Shown piece by piece: positions 57,561-64,000 of a DNA stretch of 64,000 bases. The DNA is from an uncultured Pseudomonadales bacterium. Its GTDB lineage: Bacteria > Patescibacteriota > Microgenomatia > UBA1400 > MFAQ01. The stretch spans positions 67,573 to 131,572 of the forward strand of contig CAYTOI010000001.1 of NCBI GenBank assembly GCA_964439805.1, read 5' to 3'. The translations under genes were made by a program, and so were the position numbers. A model generated the notes under the pieces. The model worked only from the letters and a program-made list of their open reading frames with translations. It ran no database searches and was not told the origin of the DNA. Each line of letters begins with the position of its first letter. The first letter of the stretch is position 1.

Positions 57561-59084
57561 ATGGACAACCAATTTCCACTACCAGGGCCAGTTCCACCAC
57601 CAGTTTCACAGGGAAATATCTTGACACCTCAAACTCCACCGCCATCAACTTCTTTCAGTATTCCACCACCTCCTTTGTCATCGGGGCCAACCATCATCCC
57701 CGCAGGAAAGTCTCCCGTAATTAAACCAAGTATTCCCAAAATGGCTATTTTTGGAGCAGTTGGATTGTTAATTGTAATTCTTTTGGTTTTTGTAGTTTCA
57801 AAAATAGTTGGTTCAAAAAACACAGATACAACTTCTGGTTCCACAAAAACAGCCGCGGTCAGTTCCAAAACAGTCACCTTAAACTATTTTGGACTATGGG
57901 AATCGAGCCAGGTAATGAAACCTGTAATTGAAGCGTTTGAAAAACAAAATCCTACAATAAAAATTAATTATCAGCCACAATCTTCTCAGGACTACCAAGA
58001 TAGACTTAAGACAAACTTGGAAGGGGACTCTCCTCCTGACATCATAAGGTTGCATAGTACTTGGTTGCCAATTTTTGCCAAATATATTCTCCCTGCGCCA
58101 GCCAATACCATTTCTTCTACAGAAATGAGTACAAACTTCTACCCAATTGTTTCTAAGCTTTTAGTTTCCAACAATCAAGTGTATGGAGTGCCTATGACAG
58201 TTGAAGGGCTTGGTCTTTTTGTAAACACCGCCATGCTTCAACAAAAACAAATTAAAACTCCAAAGACCTGGGAAGATCTGGTGACAGCCGCCAAAGCTCT
58301 TAAGGAAGAAGATCCACTAACTGGGAAACTAACTAGAGCCGGTGTAGCACTGGGTAACTCATCAAACGTAGAACACTGGCCTGACATAGTCTCTTTGATG
58401 CTACTTCAGGCAGGTGCAAAGCTTACAAACATGAAGAGCCCAGAAGTCCAAAGTACTCTCGATTACTACACCAAGTTTGCAACCAAACTTCATGTTTGGG
58501 ATGATACCCTGCCTCCTTCAACTGTAGCTTTTGCTAACGAAAAGGTTGCTATGATCTTTGCCCCAAGCTGGAGAGCTAGAGAAATAAAAGCCATGAATCC
58601 TGCCTTATCTTGGGAAGTTGTACCCGTTCCTCAGTTGCCAGACGTAGAACCTCTAAACTGGGCCTCTATCTGGTTTGAAACTGTAAGTAAGTCAAGTAAA
58701 CATCCTCAAGAAGCATGGAAGTTCGTCAGTTTCTTAGCTTCAGCCAATGCTCAACAGATTCTTTTTGACTCTGCTACAGCTGATCGATCATTCCCTCAGG
58801 CGCCAGCCAACAAAGCAGCCGGAAACACAGCTCTAAAAAATCCGGTTATTGCACCATTTGTAACTAGCATGGAAACTGCAAGCTCTTTTTACACTGCTTC
58901 CATGACTAGAGACTCGAAAACAGCTCTAAATTCTCGTCTCATAAAATATCTAGAGGACGCAATTAATTCATTTGTTCTCGGTCAAGATGGCAACAAAACT
59001 GTTGAAACTTTAGATTCTGGCTTTACTCAAGTACTCTCTGAATATGGTTTGGTCGCCAAACCCACCGCTGTCCCAGCTCAGTAA
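57561..59084 (+). CDS. ABC-transporter extracellular solute-binding protein (family 1, sugar-type) with Pro-rich N-terminus and TM anchor
   Basis: Anchor MAIFGAVGLLIVILLVFVV, then VTLNYFGLWESSQVMKPVIEAFEKQNPTIKINYQ typical of SBP_bac_1 proteins. Confidence 0.75.
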   Translation: MDNQFPLPGPVPPPVSQGNILTPQTPPPSTSFSIPPPPLSSGPTIIPAGKSPVIKPSIPKMAIFGAVGLLIVILLVFVVSKIVGSKNTDTTSGSTKTAAVSSKTVTLNYFGLWESSQVMKPVIEAFEKQNPTIKINYQPQSSQDYQDRLKTNLEGDSPPDIIRLHSTWLPIFAKYILPAPANTISSTEMSTNFYPIVSKLLVSNNQVYGVPMTVEGLGLFVNTAMLQQKQIKTPKTWEDLVTAAKALKEEDPLTGKLTRAGVALGNSSNVEHWPDIVSLMLLQAGAKLTNMKSPEVQSTLDYYTKFATKLHVWDDTLPPSTVAFANEKVAMIFAPSWRAREIKAMNPALSWEVVPVPQLPDVEPLNWASIWFETVSKSSKHPQEAWKFVSFLASANAQQILFDSATADRSFPQAPANKAAGNTALKNPVIAPFVTSMETASSFYTASMTRDSKTALNSRLIKYLEDAINSFVLGQDGNKTVETLDSGFTQVLSEYGLVAKPTAVPAQ

Positions 59085-59085
59085 G

Positions 59086-59931
59086 ATGACCATCAAAGAC
59101 TCGGTTTTGAGAACATATAAATATAGTTCTTTTTTTGATTTCCCTTTGTATCCTAAAGAACTCCTTTTATGGCTAGTATCATCAAAAAGAACCAATTTCT
59201 CAAAAATTCCACCACAACTGATAAAAAAACTAAGTAAGGAAGAAATCCAAAAAAGAAAGTTGCTTCTAAAAATTTCACAAAACAAAAAACTTTACGCCAA
59301 ATCAAAGCTAGAATTTCTAAAGTTTTTCCCGTTTATCCAATTCGTAGGTATTTCTGGCTCAGTATCTGTAGATAACGCAACAGAGAAAGACGATGTTGAT
59401 CTTTTTGTTGTTACTGCCCCTAACACTCTCTGGTTAGTAAGACCATTTGTTCTAGTTGCTTTAGAAATACTAGGTATTAGAAGGAGAAAGGGTACTAAGC
59501 CTGCCTTGGCTCAAAATCTCATCTGTCCAAATTTATGGCTTGACACAAACAATTTATTACTTGATAGAGAAAGAAGAAATCTGTTCACAGCTCACGAAGT
59601 TCTTCAAGTTTTTCCCCTTATTAACAAAAATGATACTTACGAAAAATTTATTGCCAAAAACAGCTGGGTAAAAAAATATCTTGCCAATGCCTACAGCTCG
59701 TCAATTCATAGGCCCACCTCTGGCTCGTCATTGCGAGTCTCGTACTCGAGCCGTGGCAATCTCATAATCAACAACTCAATCTATTTCCTCTTTGTTCCCA
59801 TCAACCTCATTTTTTTCATTCTTCAATATTTATTCATGCTGCCTCAACGAAGAGGAGAAGAGCTGGGTTTGGGAAGGGCCTTCTTCCACAATCCAAGCTT
59901 TCAAAAGAAAGTCTTATTAAGTATTAAGTAA
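59086..59931 (+). CDS. Nucleotidyltransferase-fold domain membrane-associated protein
   Basis: GISGSVSVDNATEKDDVDLFVV NTase motif and a C-terminal hydrophobic helix. Carries an in-frame repeat-family-3 insertion at 59726-59764 (SSLRVSYSSRGNL). Start taken at ATG 59086, after the upstream stop. Confidence 0.45.
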   Translation: MTIKDSVLRTYKYSSFFDFPLYPKELLLWLVSSKRTNFSKIPPQLIKKLSKEEIQKRKLLLKISQNKKLYAKSKLEFLKFFPFIQFVGISGSVSVDNATEKDDVDLFVVTAPNTLWLVRPFVLVALEILGIRRRKGTKPALAQNLICPNLWLDTNNLLLDRERRNLFTAHEVLQVFPLINKNDTYEKFIAKNSWVKKYLANAYSSSIHRPTSGSSLRVSYSSRGNLIINNSIYFLFVPINLIFFILQYLFMLPQRRGEELGLGRAFFHNPSFQKKVLLSIK

Positions 59932-59949
59932 CTGTCTATAATAGAGTCA

Positions 59950-60705
59950 ATGGATTTCTTTACCTTATACATATATCAACCATTTTTTAATATCTTAGTT
60001 GGCTTGTATTACATCACTGGGCAAATAATGTCAGAACCAGACATGGGGATAGCTGTTATTTTTTTTGCTGTCGCTGTTCGGTTGATTCTATTGCCTATAG
60101 ACTTAGTTTCAGAAAGGTCTGACGAAGACAAGTTCAAAATATCAGAAAAAATTAAACTTCTCAAAAAAGAACATTCGGACAATCCAATGAGATTGAAAGA
60201 GGAGATAAGAAAAACCATGCGCCAAAGTCCTGGTGCAATTATTTCCGAAGTTTTTAGTGTCATTGTTCAACTCACAATTATAGTTGTTCTCTATAGAATC
60301 TTTACTACTGGTCTAGAAGGGGCGGACATGCACCTTCTTTATTCTTTTATGCCCTACATCAAAGAACCAATCAATTTAATGTTCCTTGGCCAGTATGACC
60401 TTTCGCACACAAACTCAACTCTTAATATTATTCAGTCTCTTATGATAGCTTTAAGTGAGTATGTTCACTTAAGCCTATCGCCAGTAAAGTCCAGTCGCAA
60501 AGAGTTCTACTCTTTAGTCGTTATCTTTCCTGTGGTTTGTTTCTTGGTCTTTATGTTTCTTCCGGCAGGAAAAAAGGTCTTCATCATATCTTCCTTGGCT
60601 TTTACAATCCTAATCCGCCTATATAAACACCTTTCTTATCTTTATTTTGCTTCAAGGCAAGTAGAGGAGGTAGTCAATACCCCAGTGGAGGAAAAGAAGG
60701 TATAA
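59950..60705 (+). CDS. YidC/Oxa1-like membrane protein (second paralog)
   Basis: Five TM helices. GIAVIFFAVAVRLILLPIDLVSERSDEDKFKI parallels the first TM and amphipathic helix of the 44901..45668 YidC. Confidence 0.5.
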   Translation: MDFFTLYIYQPFFNILVGLYYITGQIMSEPDMGIAVIFFAVAVRLILLPIDLVSERSDEDKFKISEKIKLLKKEHSDNPMRLKEEIRKTMRQSPGAIISEVFSVIVQLTIIVVLYRIFTTGLEGADMHLLYSFMPYIKEPINLMFLGQYDLSHTNSTLNIIQSLMIALSEYVHLSLSPVKSSRKEFYSLVVIFPVVCFLVFMFLPAGKKVFIISSLAFTILIRLYKHLSYLYFASRQVEEVVNTPVEEKKV

Positions 60706-60712
60706 TAAATTC

Positions 60713-61294
60713 ATGGCCGATTTCGACAAATTAGTAGTATCTTTCCTCGTAGATGAGGTTGTAGGAGGTTTTTTTATCTCAGTTCCTCCAGGGCACGTAG
60801 CCTGCGTTTACGATCGTGGCATGGGTGTTCTTAAACGCGTTTGGGGACCAGGGCTCCACCTAAAGCTTCCTTTTTGGCAAATAGCCAAACTCTTTAATGC
60901 CCAGGTTCTAGAATATACCATCAGGCATGGATTTGACATAAACCTCAAAGAATCTCTAGGTGACGAGCCAATTTCAGCTGTAACCAAAGACGGCCACAGG
61001 ATTATCGTCGAAGGATCCATTCTTTTTAAGTTAGACAAAGCCAATGCTCCAGAACTGTGGGAAAGTATAGGCGACAATTTTGTTTCCAAGGTTATTAGAC
61101 CATACTCTAGAAGCCGCATTGCTTCAGCTTTTGGGCAATACAACTTGGACGAGATAGGGGCTCAAAGATCAGAAATGGAGCAAACTCTTAAAAAAGAGCT
61201 AAATGATCTTTTCCACGACAAAGCTCTCATTATTGAGAACGTTCTTTTTTCGAATGTTTCCACAACTCCAGTCCCCAGCGCTCCTCAGTCTTGA
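60713..61294 (+). CDS. SPFH/band-7 domain protein
   Basis: Prohibitin-like core (VACVYDRGMGVLKRVWGPGLHLKLPFWQ..). Confidence 0.7.
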   Translation: MADFDKLVVSFLVDEVVGGFFISVPPGHVACVYDRGMGVLKRVWGPGLHLKLPFWQIAKLFNAQVLEYTIRHGFDINLKESLGDEPISAVTKDGHRIIVEGSILFKLDKANAPELWESIGDNFVSKVIRPYSRSRIASAFGQYNLDEIGAQRSEMEQTLKKELNDLFHDKALIIENVLFSNVSTTPVPSAPQS

Positions 61295-61306
61295 TATACT
61301 GAATCT

Positions 61307-64000
61307 ATGGCTCTGCCCAAGTACTCCGTTCTGCAAATTCGACCTGCAAAAGACTCCCTCGCCGGGCAAACTGTTTTTATTGAATTTTTAGCTTCTCTCA
61401 GATCCTCATTAAGGGACGGTTTTTGGGAAAGATTCCTAGGCACTTTTGAGACAATCTCTTTGGAAATCGTCAATCTCAATCAAACAACATTTTTTATCAT
61501 CTCATGCCCCGAAAGAATGGAACCTCTAATAAAGGCTCAGGTGGCTGCCCAATATCCAACCGCCTTAATAACTCCCATGAAAGATTACTTGCCAGACTGG
61601 CTTAATCACGGGAAAGTCGCAGTTGCCCAGCTTGCTCTTTCTGGACCTGCACACTTGTCTTTAAATAGTACTTTGGATGATAAGGTTGACCAAATGGCCT
61701 CTATCCTTGGTAGTCTTGCTAGAATTCCAGAGGGTCAGGCTGTCATTATTCAAATTTGTCTCTTTGCTCCACCGGCTAATTGGCAGAAAAATATACGCGG
61801 CGTTTTGGAAAAGGGAATACCTAGCAAAGATCCACTAAAGCCGTCTTCTCCTCATCCTCAAAAAGCAATTATTGAGAAAAAATTAGCTTATCAGGCGTAT
61901 TCTTGTGATATTCGATTGGCTGCGATAACTGCTGATAGTAAATTGTCGAGTCAATTACTTTCGCAAATAGCTGCTGCTTTTGGAACCTATTCTCTTTCGG
62001 AAGGAAACAGCTTATCCCTAAGGTCGCCAAAAAACCCAAGCTCTGTAGAAAAACTTAAGCAAATGATCTTGGACAGGTCAGCCAAGTACTCAAATCAATT
62101 TCAGTTTTTAAATTATGGTGAAATAACTTCTCTCTACCATCTTCCAGGAGCCCTTCTGGCACCCATCAAAGGTATAGCTTGGGGAAAAACTCTCAAAGGC
62201 GAAGCTCCTATAAATCTCGTTGTTGATGAAGGTATTCCGGATTCAGAAAAAAATAAATACAATTTTTTTGCCAAAACAGAATTTAAAAGTCACATGGCTG
62301 TATTTGGTATGAAGAAGGGTATTGATCGCCTACGCCACACTTACATACTTGGAAAATCTGGTACAGGAAAATCAACTCTCATTGGCAGAATGGCCATTAA
62401 TGATATTCAACATGGAGAGGGTGTTGCCTTTGTCGATCCTCACGGAGACGCTGCCGAAACCTTGCTGGATTTTGTCCCAGAAAGTCGAATTAATGATGTT
62501 GCTTATCTGGATCCTTCAGTCAAGGGTAAGTCTTTTTGGATGAACCCTTTGTATGTCAAAAATCCAGAGCAAGGGGAGATGGTTGCTTCTAGTATTGTTT
62601 CTATCTTTAGTAAGCTTTACGGCAATTCATGGGGACCAAGGTTGGAATACATTTTAAGAAACACTCTGCTTACACTAGTTTACAAACCAGAAACTACACT
62701 TGCTGACGTTCCTAGAATCCTGACCAACAAAGACTTCCGCGAAAAAGAGTGTCTAGTTCACGTAACCGACCCTGTTCTTGTTAATTTTTGGAGAGATGAA
62801 TATGACAAATACTCCGAAAAATTCCAAACCGAAGCCATTGCTCCTATTCTCAATAAAATTGGTCAATTTGTAACTTCACCAACAATTCGTGACATCATTA
62901 ATCACCCTAAGAGTACTGTCGACTTCGAAGATATGATGAATACGGGGAAAATTATTATTCTCAATTTGCCTCAAGGAAAAATAGGAGAGGACAACGCTGC
63001 TCTTCTAGGAGCCATGTTTATCTCTCAGATTCAAATCGCGGCCATGAACAGGGCTAATATGGCCGAAGAAAAACGCAAGGACTTTTTTCTCTACGTTGAC
63101 GAGTTCCAAAATTTTGCCACTTCTTCATTTGTAAAAATTCTCTCAGAAGCTCGTAAATATAGACTTGGATTGATTTTGGCGAATCAATACATTGCTCAGC
63201 TTCCTGAAGAAATTCAAAATGCCATTTTTGGTAACGTTGGTACTGTCATGAGTTATGTTGTCGGTGCCTCTGATGCAGACAGAATTATGAAGGAACTAAA
63301 TAATCTGTATACTGCGGATGACTTGGTGGGTCTGGGAAAATATCAGTTAGCAATGAAGATGTCAGTTGAGTCTCAAATGACACAGCCTTTTTCATCGTAT
63401 GCTTTACCTCTACCAGACACCTTTACTCATCAAAAAGAAAAGGTCCTAGCCGCTACTTATGAGAGGTACTATAGAAAGATAGAGCCCATGGACATGTCTC
63501 AGGTAACATCTGCAATGACTCCTGCTGCTAAAAGGTTTACCGAAGCCCCATATGTACCCAAGGTCGCCGGCAAAATAGACTTCCGACCTCAAAATAATAA
63601 TTCTCCTCGCGCCGACAGCTATACTCCGAAACCTCAATATGTTCCCCAGCTAGGCCCGCAGTACCAAGGTAAGCCACCTCTCACTAGCCCTGGCCCTGTC
63701 GCTCCGGCACTTGTGGGCAACTCAGCCTCAGTATCTGAAAAAATAGACAAACCATATTTTGTCCCAATTCCGGTACAGCAACCCAACAATTCCAACACCC
63801 CCGTCATTGCGAGTCTCGTACCCGAGCCGAAGCAATCTCCGTCTCCAAGAGCTGAAATAACTCCACCCAAAGACCCCACCAAAGAAGACCTTGATACTCT
63901 ACGCAAACAAGGTATGCGCCCAAGTGTAGTAGGTTGTTTTCTAAACGATAAAAAAATTCTTCTGGTGTATCAAAAAACTTTTAATCTTTGGCAACTTCCA
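61307..64000 (+). CDS. VirD4/TraD/TrwB-like type IV coupling ATPase (partial; 3' end beyond window)
   Basis: Open frame from ATG 61307 to the window edge, over 897 aa; absent from the ORF track because no stop lies within the window. Walker A ILGKSGTGKST, FVDPHGD (as in TrwB-type VVLDPKGD) and Walker B FFLYVDEFQNF. Contains an in-frame repeat-family-3 insertion at 63802-63840. Confidence 0.7.
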   Translation, partial: MALPKYSVLQIRPAKDSLAGQTVFIEFLASLRSSLRDGFWERFLGTFETISLEIVNLNQTTFFIISCPERMEPLIKAQVAAQYPTALITPMKDYLPDWLNHGKVAVAQLALSGPAHLSLNSTLDDKVDQMASILGSLARIPEGQAVIIQICLFAPPANWQKNIRGVLEKGIPSKDPLKPSSPHPQKAIIEKKLAYQAYSCDIRLAAITADSKLSSQLLSQIAAAFGTYSLSEGNSLSLRSPKNPSSVEKLKQMILDRSAKYSNQFQFLNYGEITSLYHLPGALLAPIKGIAWGKTLKGEAPINLVVDEGIPDSEKNKYNFFAKTEFKSHMAVFGMKKGIDRLRHTYILGKSGTGKSTLIGRMAINDIQHGEGVAFVDPHGDAAETLLDFVPESRINDVAYLDPSVKGKSFWMNPLYVKNPEQGEMVASSIVSIFSKLYGNSWGPRLEYILRNTLLTLVYKPETTLADVPRILTNKDFREKECLVHVTDPVLVNFWRDEYDKYSEKFQTEAIAPILNKIGQFVTSPTIRDIINHPKSTVDFEDMMNTGKIIILNLPQGKIGEDNAALLGAMFISQIQIAAMNRANMAEEKRKDFFLYVDEFQNFATSSFVKILSEARKYRLGLILANQYIAQLPEEIQNAIFGNVGTVMSYVVGASDADRIMKELNNLYTADDLVGLGKYQLAMKMSVESQMTQPFSSYALPLPDTFTHQKEKVLAATYERYYRKIEPMDMSQVTSAMTPAAKRFTEAPYVPKVAGKIDFRPQNNNSPRADSYTPKPQYVPQLGPQYQGKPPLTSPGPVAPALVGNSASVSEKIDKPYFVPIPVQQPNNSNTPVIASLVPEPKQSPSPRAEITPPKDPTKEDLDTLRKQGMRPSVVGCFLNDKKILLVYQKTFNLWQLP

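Overview
This 64-kb window is the chromosomal origin region of a small-genome, AT-rich bacterium. The gene content is consistent with a Candidate Phyla Radiation (Patescibacteria)-like lineage, and standard stop codons appear to be in use.

Recognisable housekeeping genes:
- dnaA and dnaN on the minus strand, divergent from rpmH-rnpA-yidD-yidC-jag on the plus strand.
- dnaG-rpoD, tdk, uppS, a polyprenyl synthetase, smpB, valS, tsaD and rplY.

RNA genes:
- Seven tRNAs, five of them class II (long variable arm, G73) Ser-type.
- A tmRNA (ssrA) next to smpB.

Interleaved with these are the parts of a conjugation-type type IV secretion-like apparatus:
- Nine TrbC/VirB2-like small pilin paralogs, seven of them in one tandem array.
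- A VirB6-like polytopic membrane protein and a PrgI/VirB3-like protein.
- A VirB4-family ATPase.
- An M23-peptidase cell-wall hydrolase.
- A 3'-truncated VirD4/TraD-like coupling ATPase.
- A large Cys-rich secreted protein.

Two giant acidic cytoplasmic proteins of unknown function sit antisense inside this locus.

The most unusual sequence-level features are:
1. Three homologous ~120-nt elements immediately downstream of tRNA-Ser(GGA), tRNA-Ser(GCU) and the tmRNA. Each ends in a direct copy of the host RNA 3' terminus, which looks like a miniature att-flanked element family.
2. At least four families of short dispersed repeats, several of which are inserted in-frame into intact conserved genes (valS, tsaD, the polyprenyl synthetase, comF-like, the T4 coupling protein), resembling Rickettsia palindromic elements.
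3. A ~100-nt structured two-copy repeat.
4. A class II tRNA with an apparent ACU anticodon.

No CRISPR arrays, rRNA genes or transposase or integrase genes were found.
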